DNA from: Peribolospora baueri
Lineage: Eukaryota
Assembly (NCBI GenBank): GCA_029717555.1
Contig: JAMDHS010000030.1
Coordinates: 1 to 64,000 of the forward strand
Direction: 5' to 3'
Length of the DNA stretch: 64,000 nt
The translations under genes were made by a program, and so were the position numbers. A model generated the notes under the pieces. The model ran no database searches. It saw only the letters and a list, made by a program, of their open reading frames with translations, and was not told the DNA's origin. This document shows positions 25,569 through 38,725 of this stretch, piece after piece; position 1 is the first letter of the stretch, and each line of letters opens with the position of its first letter.

Positions 25569-26556
25569 GGCGGGTTTCCTTACGTCGTCGCTGACGCTGA
25601 CGTCGCTGGGGGGTTCGAGGGAGAGAGGGACGGAGGTGGCTGGAGGAGGAATGAGTGCTGGAGAGGCAAGAGACGGCGAGAGATGCAAGGTGCGATAACG
25701 TCGACAGCCGAGCTCGCACCGTCCTAGTTACACTTGAACTTTATGTTGTCGACACTCCACAGCGTCGACCAATGTCTCGCTCAACTCGTTAAGCCGCCGT
25801 CGCACTGCGCACCGCACGTGCTCCGTAGAAAGAAGAAGAACCGTTCAAAAGCGTTCTTCTCTGAGACGAAGACGATGTCAAAGGTGGTTTAAAGTCCGTA
25901 GTTAAGAGGCCAATCTATAATAACCCGTCGAAGGTAGTACTTGACAGGTAGTCGTCGCGCCGACCGCAGCAAACTCGGGGTACGGCGACTTGCTCCCAAA
26001 AGCCACGTCAAAGGTCCATGGAGTCCACCACCCGTCCGACTCATGCCGTGTCGGGCTACAAGTACAAGAGAGAGAAGAAAAACGAACGAGCGAGCGAACG
26101 CGCTAGCGAGCGAGCTGACAAGCAGACAGAGGCGCGGGTGGGGTGTACGGCGGGCGGAGAGCGACAGCGTGAACGGGAGCGGGAGCGGGGACGAGAGCGA
26201 GGGCGAGACGGATGAGTCGAAAAAAAAGGGAAGGAACGAGCGAGAATGGGGGGGTGCAAAGCCTTGATGTGGTGCACGCCTAGCGAGGCAGAAAAGGTCA
26301 GGGACGGAGGCAGCGGGGAAGCCAGTGCAGTCGACCTGAAGTTACAAAGAATGATTGGAGTAATTTTGGTGATGGTGAACGAAGAGGCGGACGACCAATA
26401 TATGAAAGGGAGGATGGTCCCGACGAAGCAACGCCCGCTCAGCTAGCTTGGCCCGCACAAAGTAACTGCGCCGGACGGCTGAGAAAGAGCCGAAAGTGAA
26501 AAAGAAGAAAAAGGAAAGCCGAAGGCGAATTCGAAATCCGATCCATAAGCCGCAAG

Positions 26557-29500
26557 CTATCGCTCGCCGCCCTCGACCCTTTCCTCAGAAGCGGCGAGCA
26601 AACCGCTGAAGTCGAAATTCACGTCGGTGAGGTCCAAAACGTTGTCTGAAGGATGATCGCCACGCAACCGCCCCTGTCGCTGGCCTTCTTCTTCGCCGCC
26701 GTCTCCTCCTTTTCCTCTTCCTCCACCCTCGCCTTGCAGGGAGCTCACGTCGGCCATCGTCCCTGCCGCCACATTGGGACGGGCAGCGGCGGCGGCGGCT
26801 GCCAATTCGCGTCGCTTCTCTGACAAAATCCTGCCCCCGCCACCCGGAGACGGCCGTGGGCCAAAGCCCGCACCACCCGCACCGGGAACGGCGCCGGCGG
26901 TCTCCGGACCTTTCCCTTCGACCGTGGTGGTCGTGATATCGGACGCTGCGGGAGGAGAGGAGAGGAAGTCTGCGAGCAGCAAGTTGTCCGCTTCGAGGGC
27001 GGCCGTGTCCGTTCGAGCGACCGCAACGTTGGCGCCACCACCATCCGTCTTCTTCTCTGAGCCCGGGCCGGCGCCCACGCCCTGGCCAGCCGCGCCGCCG
27101 TCGTCAGGGCGAGCGAAGACGGGGACAGAGGTTACGGAGGAGACGGACGTGTACGGCGGTGGGGGATTGAGGTGGGATGATGCGGGCGTCGAAGACCCTA
27201 ACGTGTCCGCGAGCGTGGGGTATGGGTCAAGGGGGCCTACCAATGCTTCCTCGAGCTGCACGGACAAGTGTCATGTTCACGTCGTTTAGAGGAGACGGAG
27301 GAAGAAGAGACGTGTAAGAGGTTGGTCCTGTAGCGTTGGCATCGGTACCTCTGGCGACGAGAGTGCAGAGGATCCCGCCACTCACCGATATGCCACTCAT
27401 GGCCATATCCGCAGGCTCCTTCCTCTTCTCTCCCATCCGATTGCTCACCTCCTCCTCCTCCTCCTCCTCCTTCCCTTGCTCGGAGGCCCTTAGCTTTCGC
27501 TTCTTTCCCTTCTCCCCGCCGTTTCCTCCCTCCTCCCCCTGCGCAGCTCTTCCACTGGTCGCCCGAGCATACTCTGCCGCTGCTGCGGCCATCGCCGCCG
27601 CCGCCGCTGCTTTGGCGTCCGCGGAAAGGTTCTGGGGTGTGCTCTTGGCGCGGCTCATGTGGGCGGTGTGGGCCTGACCGAGGGGGTGCGGATGCGGCGA
27701 CTGGCTGTGTGCGTTCGACGCTGAGGCCGGTCGCCCACGGTCGTGTGTTCCGCAGGAAGAGTAGCTAGTGCGGAGGGGATGGGCGGCGTGGGTGTGCGTC
27801 GGGCCGCCCTGCACGGGAAGCGAAGTTTGCAGCGGTTGACCAGGAAAGAGGAAGGTCGAAAAAGGTGTGTTGGGGGTAGGCATAACGGGAAAGTGCTGCA
27901 TGGGTGCTCCGGGGTACACTGCCGCGCCTTCGGTAGCGGAGACGGTCGTCGAAGGTAACATGCTGGCCATGCTCAGACCCGGATTCATGGCGAGGGCGGC
28001 CTGGTAATGAGCGAGCTGTGAGACTGGAGGTTGTACCGCCTGTCCGTGTTGGATGTACGGCAAGGAGAGCGCAACACCCGGGGCGAACAGGTCCGGGTTC
28101 GGTTGCTGCAAATGTAACCCTTGCGGGTGCAAGTGTGCTCGGGCAAAGGTGTACGCTTGCTCCAGCTGGGCCTGCGTAAACTGGCTTTCAAATCCGGTCG
28201 TCGGTACCATAGACGACACGCCGGGGACGCCGGACATGATATTGTGCCGTGCGATAGGCACACCCTGCATGCCGAAGGGTTCCGACATGGATGCAGACAT
28301 GATGGGCATGCCCTGCACCGGCTGTGGGGTCGATGGTCCGGACGGCCCTGCCGTGCCTCCCCGGCCCGGCGGGGGCTGCCAGCCTTGTTTGCGCATGAGC
28401 GCCTGCATCTGAGCCCATGCGTTCACCCACCACTCGTAGCTCATCCCGCCCGGGCCGTTCCCCGCGCCGGGCTCCCCTGGTTTAGGGACGGGCATGTGGA
28501 TACCGGGAGGCATGGCAGCGGCCGCAGGCGACACTTCGGGGACGGAACTGTGCCGCTGAGGCTGCACTGGAGAGGCCGTGGATCGTGCCCGATCATGGAG
28601 CGTCTGCGGGGGGCAGTGGCCCTGAAGCGGACCCGTCGCGACTCGCACCGCAGGGTTCTCCTTTGCGGCGGCGAGGAAATACGGGTTGTCGGCCGGCCCT
28701 TCGGCCTGCGAGCGAGGAACGAGGTCAGCGTACGTCAGCTTCTCCGGCGCATATCCGCCGGGTACGGGGCTTCTGCTTGAGGGCGACGGCATCATCGTTG
28801 CAGATGCGGACCGCACCTTGCCTCGCAACGCGTCGCATCCTTCAAGGCCAGCCTTGGACGGCGAGCTACGGGTCACGGGCTGGTTGGGAGAAGAGGAGGT
28901 GGCGATCATCGAGGAACTCCCTGACGGGCCTGCCGCCGAAAAGGTTTGGGTTCCTCGAGCGACGGAACCAGCAGAGGGATCACCTTCCACTTTAACCGAC
29001 GAGTCCGCCATCTCCACGTCATCGTCTTGAGCCCCGCCGGCCAGAGTGGTGCTATGAGCCTTTCTGTGTAGTGGAAGAGGCGCTTTCTGGCCGCGGATGA
29101 ACGTGATGCCCGTTCGGGGAACGCCAGACTTGGCCGTGCTCCCGCTCGGTCCGCCGCCGGGGCCGCGGTCTGGGACAGTGACCTTCTTGCCGCCCATCTC
29201 AGAAAGTCGAGGCTTGCCGTCGTTCCCTGACCGACCTCCGTCCCCCCCGCTTTCGCCGCCATCCAAGCCACCGGCTTCGCCCCCTCCATCTGATCCTTCC
29301 CCATCACCACCATCGTCCGCATCCTCGTCATCGCCCTGTTCCGTAAAGTCGGACGGACCTCGTCGTTCTACAGGGCCGGCATACTAGAAGATGAGATGAG
29401 GAGGAGAAGCAGAATCCCTGTCAGACGAGGTGAGGCCTCGGGTTGACCCCGGAGGAGCTCCTTTGTGCGCGCCCCAATACCGGCGCCGGCCTCACCTCGG

Positions 29501-29803
29501 TGTACCTGAGCAAGAGCTCATCGATATCGGCGCTGCAAAACTCAGCGAGCTTGCCGTTGCTGCCGAACACGATGACGGCGACGTCAGCCTGGGTGAGCAC
29601 GGACAGCTCGTGTGCTTTCTTGAACAGGCCGGCCTTGCGCTTGAGGTAGGTCACCGACCGGTTGCGGTCGTTGAGAATGGGGGCGATCTGGATCTTGCGG
29701 CGGCCTGACGACCGGACGACGACGCATAAATGGGACGTCGGAGGAGGATGTCAAGGCGAGAAGAGTGCGAAAAGACAAAAAGACGGGATGGAGACTTACC
29801 CAT
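26557..29803 (-). CDS. MEF2-type MADS-box transcription factor (Rlm1/Smp1-like)
   Basis: 4-nt first coding exon ATGG|GTAAGT, then [47 protein letters not shown]. Long low-complexity C-terminus. Confidence 0.92.
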
Positions 29804-31173
29804 AGTCGTTGAAACGCCTGTAAAGCTTCAGAACACCTGGGGGAAGACCCAAAAAAATTGACCGCCGGAGACGACCCCCCGGGCAGGCCGAGAGGATGCT
29901 CGTAGGTGGGTTCGACGGGGCTCACGCAAGGCCGGAAGAAACTAGGGGAAGGAGGACGGAAAGGAAGGGGAGAAGAGAGGAAACGGAGGGGCGGAGAAAG
30001 AGGAGGTAGGAGGGGGGTTGGAAAGGAAGGAATACAGTGAGCGGGACGGGTCAACCATGTAATGTAGGACGTTCGCAGGGAGGGTGGTGGTCATCGGAGG
30101 AGGGGGGAAGACGGGGGAGAAAAGGAAGAAGCGGGTGGCCGGAGCGATCAGGTGCCGTCGGTCATGGAGCAACGGGGGCCGAAGAAGGGGAAGGATTGGA
30201 TGCGAGGACGAGTGGTGTGCCGGAGACGAGCTCAAGGGGGAGGGTAGGAGAAGGAGGAGCAAGAGCAAGAGCAAGAGCAAGAAGGGCCGTACGTCCGACT
30301 CACCACCACCAAAGGCTCGAGCCGACCGGTGCACGACTCGCTCGCGCTCACGCCCTCCACGGTCCGAGGCCAGGCCAACGCACGACACACAACACGACGC
30401 GCCCGACTTGTGGGTCGATGGGCGCCTGGCGTCCGGCTAAGGCGACGGTTGTATCTGATCGTTGTCGTCACCGACACGGTGGGCTCCGGCGAAGGCAGGA
30501 CGACGAGTGCGGGACGGCAAGGGCGAGGGGCGGATGGTGTTGAGCGTGGAACAAGGACCGGCGGGGTTTTTTGGAATGTAAGCGCGCCCTTAGCCAAGGT
30601 TGAAGAGATATTGGCTGCGGCAAGCGGGAGGTCGCCGTCCGGCTGCGGGAGCTCGCAACTGCTCCGAGCTCGGAAGCTCGCCTATGCACCTCGTCCTTGC
30701 TTGCTCGGAACTCCTCAGGGCTAGGCTTCTAATTACCTCAGCACGGCATGTGTCCAGTTTTTCGTTATGCGCATGGAAGCTATATTGTGTGTGTGCATAC
30801 TGACTTGGGAGGCGGTGCAGTCGGACGGCAGTTGGACGGACGGACGTGGGGGCCTCGGCGGCAGCCTAGGAGCGCGTCGGACGGCCAAGGGCGAACTAGA
30901 GACGCGACTAACACAGCAGAGACAAAAAAGACCGAGACAGAACTGGCGACCGAGGTGAGACCCCGGAGACGGTCAAGGACAAGATCAGGAGGCGCCCGTG
31001 TCTTGCTCGAGGTGCCCAAGTTCTCGCTCATCACGTGAGTGGCTGCATCGGCTGACTAATCGTCAAAGCGGACGACCGTCCTTTCTTCTTGCTGGGCGGA
31101 GATCGATCGCAGACAAGGCGTGTGACGACGTACGAAGGCGCCCTCCTCCCTCCCTTCATTCGCTTCCCGCATC

Positions 31174-32684
31174 ATGACTTTCACAAAGCTCGCTCCCGGC
31201 GCCAAGGCCAAGGTGAGAGAGGGCGAAGGAGACTAGGGAGGACGGGCGGCTCGAGCCAGACGGACCGACGTCGTCGACACACACCGGCGTCGCGATAGAT
31301 ATACGCGGCGAACAAGGACCGGACTGACAGTTGTTACTGGTCCGGCTGGCTGCTGGTTCTCTTGATGACGATGGCCCGCAGCTCAACGACGGCAATGAGA
31401 TCCCCGTCCTTGGCCTCGGTGTCTACGAGATGGTCGGCAACGAGACGGAGCGAGCGGTGATCGATGCTCTCGAGGTGAGTGACGGTGGAGCATCACCGTG
31501 TGCCCGCGTACCCGTCGGCATGGCCGCCTTGGTCTTCTGACGGCGGTAGGCGTTCGGCGGACGATGGGCGACCAACGTTGATGTTTCCCTTTCTTATCGC
31601 AAAAAATAGCTTGGCTACCGGCATATTGATACGTGAGTGAACAGACATGACCACGGCATCCTGACGGCCGGATACCATGAGCAGGTACTGACGCGGCTTT
31701 CTGCTGCGTCATCCATACCTCCTTCTTTCTCATCCAGCGCCGAATGGTACGAGAACGAAGCCGAGTGCGGGCGCGGGATCCGCGCTTTTTGCGAGAGCAC
31801 CGGCACGCCGCGCTCCGAGATCTTCTACACCACGAAGCTCAAGGACAATTGGGGCTATGAGCATACGAAGAAGGCAATCGACAAGTCCATCGCCGTTGCC
31901 GGCGTCGGCTACATCGACCTCTACCTCGTTCACGGCCCCTACCCAGACAAGAAGGCTCGTCTCGATGCCTGGAAGGCCATGGAGGAGGCGGTGAAGGAGG
32001 GAAAGATCAGGAGCATCGGCGTGTCCAACTTTGCCAACAAGCACATACAGGAGATCCTCGATCACCCCGATTTTCACATCGTCCCTGCCGTCAACCAGAT
32101 CGACCTACACCCGTTCATGCAGCGGCCCAAGGAGGTTGAGTTTTGTAGGAAGCACGGCATCGTCCTCGAGATGAGTACCGTCGCTTCGTCGTGCCCTCCG
32201 CCCTTCGCGGGGACGATTCTGTTCGGTGCAGCACGGAACATGGTCCTTACCGACATCTTTTCCTCCGCTCCCCCCTCCTCTTCTGTGGTTCCTCGCACGC
32301 GTGGGGACCGCTGGCCAGAGCCATGCGCTTCACCCATCCCGTCGTCACGGCGCTTGCGTCCAAGTACAACGTGACGCCCGCCCAGCTGCTCCTCCGTTAC
32401 GGCCTCCAAAAAGGGTTCGTCGTGATCCCCAAGTCGACCAAGAGGGAGCGCATCGCTCAGAACATGGAAGTGTTCGGGTTCGACATCTCGGAGGAGGACA
32501 TGGAGAAGATGGATGGCTTGGAGGAGTATCTCGTCACGGTGCGTGATGCCCCGTTCTCGTTTGATCTGAGCGGCGAGCGTGCGGGAGGGACTCACATGTC
32601 ACGCCGCTTGCCTCCCTCCTTTTCGGCCTTGGCTGCGCCACTCGTTCTCAGGACTGGGATCCCATCGGAGACCCGAGCGTCTGA
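31174..32684 (+). CDS. Aldo-keto reductase (Gcy1/2,5-DKG reductase-like) containing an AT-AC intron
   Basis: LNDGNEIPVLGLGV, GYRHIDTAEWY, FYTTKL, IDLYLVHGP, IRSIGVSNF, PAVNQI, IVLE|AWGPL, VIPKS. Confidence 0.93.
32171..32298 (+). other. Non-canonical AT-AC intron (128 nt)
   Basis: CTCGAG|ATGAGTACC...TTCCTCGCAC|GCGTGG. Removal restores the conserved HGIVLE-AWGPL motif in frame. Confidence 0.82.
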
Positions 32685-33299
32685 AAGGCCAGGACCGTGC
32701 GTCGTTCACCATTTGTCCCTTCTCTCGTCCGAACATGTTTCCGGGAGGCCAATCGGATCAATGGTCGCAGTGGCGCGCTTGAACCTCGCCTAGCCGCTAC
32801 GACGGATGCGCGTAGAGATAGCCAAAAAGAAGAACGATTTTTATAGACGTAGACGCCAGTGTCTTAGAAATCCACTCCAGGTCGCTTTAAAGAGAGGTGT
32901 CCAAACCTTGAGTAGGAATGGTTCTCGGCAAGTCTCCCGAGTACCGACGAGCCGCTTTGGTGCCCCGTCGACGTCTCAACTCAATGACGTCGCCGCTCTG
33001 GGCACGGGTATATATGTACCGCCATGCTCTACACCTGCGCGTACTGTCCGTTTCTGTCTCTCTCTTCTTCGCCATTTCACTCGTGTCCATGTTCTCTCTT
33101 TCCCTCCTTCCCTCTCTGCCCCTGATCGGCAGCCTTTACGCGATAACCGCCCTTCGCGGCTAGGCGGGCGGGGCACACCCGCGGCAGCATATATATATAT
33201 ATGTACGTACGCTTTCGATCGAACGATCGCGGGGCGTCGTCCATCCAAACCCTCCTCCATCGTCGCTCCTTCCATCCCTCTTCAAATCTCGTATACGCC

Positions 33300-36200
33300 A
33301 TGCCCGATAGTGAGTGTGCAACGGCGAGCGCGTGATGTAAGCCGGGGTGTGAAGCATTCCTTCTGTCGAGCCCCGCGGCATGGTCCATCGGTGTCGCACT
33401 GGGCAGCTGAGGGCAAGGTCGGCTGCTGGCAAGGGAGAGAGACGGACGGACGGACGGACGGACAGCTGATCGAAGCATGCTTGCTTTCTCTCGTGCTCCC
33501 CTTCCTCTACCCCGCCCGTGCGTTTCGGAAACGAACGACGGAGCAGACAAGCACGTTCTCGAGACGCCCGCGACGCTCGTCGTGGACGCCCTCAAGGGTG
33601 TTGCCACGATCAACCGCCAGGTCCTCGTCGATGAGGAGAACAAGAGTGAGTGAGGTCGTGCGCGCCGTGGTTTGGCGGTGGGTGAGGACATCTGGCTGCA
33701 AGGCCAGAGGTGGCGTTGGGAGGGAGGTGGACAGAGCGCCCGAGGCCGAAGACCGATGAGGGCGGAGCGAAACTGGCTATCTGCATACCGAGCGAAGAGC
33801 CGAGCCGTGACGACCGCCCACCTTTTGTGGACACTTCCAAACGCCTCTTTGTGCTAACCGACAGTCACTTTTCGCCAGCGGTGTACGTGCGTAATCAGGA
33901 CAAGTCTAAAGTGGCCGTCGTCGCCGGCGGAGGAGCGGGTAAGTTCTTACCCGCGACAGATGGTGCCAAGCAGTACACACGCCTCTCTCATCGACAACGC
34001 CCTTTTCTCCCCCCTTTCTTTGCCTGCCCGGGTCACAGGTCACGAACCGTCGTTCTCCGGCTTCGTGGGATCCGGCATGCTCACTGCCGCCGTCTCCGGT
34101 AACGTCTTCGCAAGCCCGAATGTTGGGCAGATCAGGACCGCCCTCGAGAGGGTGCACGGTACCGCTGGGTGAGTGTCGCGTCCTCGCCTACACATTATGA
34201 CCGCCGCTTCATTCCAACAGCTCTCGGTGCCCAAGATCCCTGATTAATATGATGTCATCTCGCTCTTCCGACTCAGCACGCTCATCATCGTTCTCAACTA
34301 CACGGGCGACGCCCTCCATTTCGGCCTCGCCAAGGAGAGCCACTCCGTCTCACACCCGAACGTCGACGCCCGCCTCATCATCGTCGGCGACGACGTCAGC
34401 GTCGGACGTGCCCAGGGCGGAATAACAGGCCGTAGGGGCCTCGCAGGCACCGTGCTCGTTGCCAAAGTGGCGGGCGCAATGGCCAAGCGCGGGAAAACGT
34501 TCGAGCAAGTCTACCAGGTGCGTCCTTCGTCCATGGTTCTCCGAAATATACACCAGTTCCTGAACCTTTCTTTTCTCTACGGTCTGATTTTTGGTTCACA
34601 AGACGGCCAAATGGGTTTCGGAGAACGTAGCCACTTACGGCGTCGGTCTTGAGCATTGCCACGTAAGCTTTGATCTTCCGTGCCCTTTTCAAAACCTTGT
34701 GGGCCCCATGATCGCTCAGTTCCTTCCCTTCTCATCGCTTGCGCAGGTTCCCGGCACTGCAAACGCAGAGGCACACCTCGCCTCGGACGAGCTGGAGCTA
34801 GGTATGGGCATCCAGTGAGTTCTCGTCAGTCCTCTACTGCACTTCTCTTCGCCCTCAGACCTGTCTGAATGTGCTCGAAATTCGTCAGTAACGAACCCGG
34901 CGTGAAGAAACTCAAGGTCCCGCCCAGGTCCCAGCTTGTCTCCCAGCTATTGGAGACGCTCACCTCGACGACAGACCCGGACCGCTCCTTCCTCCCGTTC
35001 AACGGCAAGGACGACGAAGCTGTACTGCTCGTCAACAACCTGGGCGGCATGTCTGAGGTCGAGCTGGCTGGAATTGCTGGTGAAGCAGTCAAATGGTTCA
35101 ACGCGAAGAAGAGTATCAAGCTCAGGAGGGTCATTTCCGGGCAGTTTATGGTGAAGGAAAACCCTTGGGCATAGCCTTACTCCATCTCATTGCGACGTTT
35201 TGCTTCGATATCTGACACTCGCACATGCGCGCTCCCCTGACAGACTTCGCTCTCGATGCCCGGTTTCTCTTTCACTCTCCTTCTCCTCCCTTCATCTTCT
35301 CACCCCTCCCCGCCTCCCACCGAGGTCATAACCGACCTCATCCTCGAACTCCTCGACGAGCGCGTTGAGGCTCCCGGTTGGAAGTGGACCGCTCAAGGAG
35401 AGCCCGGCCTCGAACTTGGTGCGGGCGGTGAGGAGGTTCAGTTGGCGAAGAAGACCACTGGAGGTCCAAAGCTTCAGCGTGAGTCTCTAATTCCACCCTG
35501 TCACGTCCCCAGAGGTGGTTCATGTTGGTCTGATCAAAAGTCGTCCCTCGTGGTTCGTTCATGCATGCTCTCGTGATGCAGCCGAAGACGAGAAGAAATT
35601 CGTCGCTGCGTTGAGGAGTGCAGCTACGGAGGTCATCGCTGCCGAGCCAGAGATCACACGTTTTGACACCATCGCCGGTGACGGCGACTGTGGCTTGACT
35701 CTGAAGGCAGGCGCAGAAGGTGAGTCCAGAAGTGGGATGGTCGATCGCTGAGATATACGCTCTCTCGTCTTTTAGCCGAACACATTGATTCATTGTCTCC
35801 CGTCTACCCCTCTGGCTTGCGCGCAGGTATCCTAAATGACCTCAAGGATTCGAAGATCGACTCTTCGAACGTCATCGCCTCGATTTTGACCATCTCAGAA
35901 ATTGTCGAAAAGCAGATGGGCGGCACATCGGGCGCGCTCTACTCCCTCTTCTTCAATGCGCTCGGCGGCGCTCTTCAGAAGGCCGCCAAGACGTCTCCTG
36001 GCGTTAAGGCGTCGAGGGACGTATGGGCATCCGCGAGCGCTGAGGCGCTCCAGAGCTTGTACCAGTACACGCGCGCCAGGCCTCCTAGCTCCAGGACGCT
36101 CGTCGACCCGCTCGGCACCTTTATCGAAGCTTTTGTGAAAGGTGACTCGCTTCAAACCGCTCTACAGAAGGCCGAGCAGGTGACCGAGGAAGGCAAGAAA

Positions 36201-36414
36201 CTCCGCGCCACGGCTGGCCGAGCGGCCTATGTGGTGAGTCCGAGCCGCGTGGTGCCGTCTCGGGATTGCCGTGCTGCTAACGACTTTGCTGGACCGGCCC
36301 CCTGCGTTCGAACGATTTTGTCAGAACCAAGACAGCCTCAAGGAAGCAGAAGTGCCCGATCCGGGCGCCGTCGGCGTGTGCAAGATCATCGAAGGGATCA
36401 ACAAAGCCCAATAA
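33300..36414 (+). CDS. DAK1: Dihydroxyacetone/triose kinase (Dak1+Dak2 domains)
   Basis: [75 protein letters not shown]. About 11 introns. Confidence 0.93.
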
Positions 36415-36565
36415 GCGTCCAGCAATTTCTCGCTCGCTCACGAGCAGACTCGATTTGTACACTCTCGAAGGAACATCGAAAGGAGGAATTCCATGTCCGT
36501 TGTTCAATTGGACCAATGGTCAAAGTCGCATCACGCCACAGGAATGACATCTTGTGCCTCCACTT

Positions 36566-38303
36566 TCACTTGTACGTTGCCATCAACCGCGCCCGCAGAT
36601 GTTCGCCTCCCGTAAGTTTTTTCGTCCCTGGAGCGATGCCCTTGCGCTTTAGTACCTCGGAGAACTCTGCTTCAGAGCGCGTAAACGCTCCTCCCTGGCT
36701 CGCAATGGGCTCCAAGACGGTGTCATCGTTGGGCTGACAGAAGTAGGCGATCGAGTAGCGCGATGTGGGCGATGACGAAGAGGGAGGCAGAGTGACTCTG
36801 TGAACTGTCGAACGGAAACGACCAGCCGTCCAGAACCTATAGACAGAAAGTGAATCCGGATCAGTGGATAAGACGACTAGAGGGAAAATGACAGCCAGAA
36901 GGGTAGTCAAGATAGGCAGGGCGGGGAATACTGACTCCATCGCATCTCCCACGTTGACGACCAGAGCATCTGGGCAGACATCCACATCGGTCCAGGCACC
37001 TTTGCCTCCAGAGGAGTCAGGAAGAAGTACTTGAAGACCGCCTACTTCTTTCTGAAACAAGAGGGTGAGTGAACTGGATGGGGACAAGCCAATAAGATCT
37101 GTGCAACCTTCAAACAATAGGAATTTCGGTCTGGTAATTGTCGTTTCGCTCACCCATAGTCGCTGTGTGCGCCTGCACGGATGTCTCCTCCTGAAAGCTG
37201 ACTGGCGGGGACGGGAGGGTAATGGATCAGCCGTAGCCGGTCCAGAGCTCCGTTGTGATGAGGTGTAAAGTAGTCCGAGGGAAGCTAGATGTGTGATGTA
37301 TATGAATGGCGGGGCATGATAAGTCAAAAAGAAATATGTCTGGAAAAAATGGCGAAGTCCATCCCGGCTTGGCCAGTCCCAGATTCTGCGTACCTCCAGT
37401 GCTAGAGCAAAGGCTTCGAGCAGCTTGAGACAGAGATCATGACAAGCCTGGATGACCACAAGAAACGAGAGAGGGTGACATGTGAGGTTTACATCATCTC
37501 CAAGATTCTAAGCCTAGTAACCCATCCGACTGACATGTATGAACATGCCAAGTTCCTGCTTAGCCGTCGTAAATACCGGCGGCAGTGGCTGACTTGGGAC
37601 GCCTTGACGTTCGAGCAGGAGAGGGTCGCCAAGCAGCTTGGCAAGATAAAAGGACTCTTTGAGATCTCCTGTCCCTGCTTGAGATAGATCGAGGCTGCGA
37701 TGGAGCAGACAATTCATGAGTGTTAGCTCAGCTTCTAGAACTCGTAATCCAAAAAGAAGCTTCAGAGCGGAAGCACGAGCTGGATGGCGTCCGTGGGGTC
37801 ACCTTTCCTGCCGCCTGATGGGAGGATAGAGATCGCGAAGCAGCAAAGATGGCATTTGACGGTCAAGGTGTTCGGTCGATTAAACAGAAACATGATGCAA
37901 GACAACGCCTCTCGCTTTCAATCCCTCACATTGCTGTATAGCCCTGCCGGAGATCATGGAACATACGAAGTGAGAGGGTGAGCTCAAACGTGCCTTTGCA
38001 CTCGGCATCCTCGCGCCCATGTTTCTCTAGAGTGTATCCGGATACACGCACCACGTTGCCTTCCCTGTTCTTCCAAGTGTCTTTTCTCAAGCCTCCCTCC
38101 GTCAGCTCCCCTCCATCCCCGAAAAAGGCAGCGCTCAACTCAAACGCACGTCGGATCTTCTCTTGTTGGAGGTTGTGCCCGGTGAGGTAGAAGAAGCCAG
38201 TGCGGGCGCAGGCATCCCGCACGAGCGGTGCCAAGTCGTTGGGCGTGGGGTGTGTCTCCAGGGAGAGTAAGGGGATGGATGTGGTTGGAGCGAAGCCCAT
38301 CAT
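36566..38303 (-). CDS. 2-oxoglutarate/Fe(II)-dependent dioxygenase (IPNS/DIOX_N family)
   Basis: ACARTGFFYL, DLKESF, LRLIHYP, RAGAHSDYG, GGLQV, VNVGD, STVHRV, RYSIAYF. Includes 14-nt and 12-nt micro-exons. Confidence 0.9.
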
Positions 38304-38725
38304 GAGCATCAAGGAGAGCGGATAGGTATGATTCACGTTGCAGTGAGCACGAAAGAACTCGCCGTTATCGCACGTCTCAATGATAAGACGCTGCGGTCAA
38401 AGGTACCGAAGATCCTACCCGCACCGGCTCGATCTGGCCGTCGTTGCAACCTACCCACGCCATGCCATCGCCCGCCAGTCGAGAAGAGAATCGTCGACAT
38501 CTCAAGCGCGGCATAAGGTAACACTACGACGCTCAAGTGGTACGGCGTCGGGGTCCAAGGACATATGGCACACGAACTCTGGTCCTAAGCGTGCGGTCCT
38601 GCTGGGCCTGTGTTCTTGCAATGCTATTATAATGTAGATTGGGGGAACACAAATCATTTCATTCAGGAGTGCAGTCATCGAATAGCATTACAAGAGAAGG
38701 TCGGAGCGGGGAGGGAAGACGCTGT

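Noticed and set aside
32806..33759. 317-aa ORF between AKR and DAK
   Set aside because: Runs through promoter, TA microsatellite and DAK introns in a non-coding frame, with no protein-like motifs.
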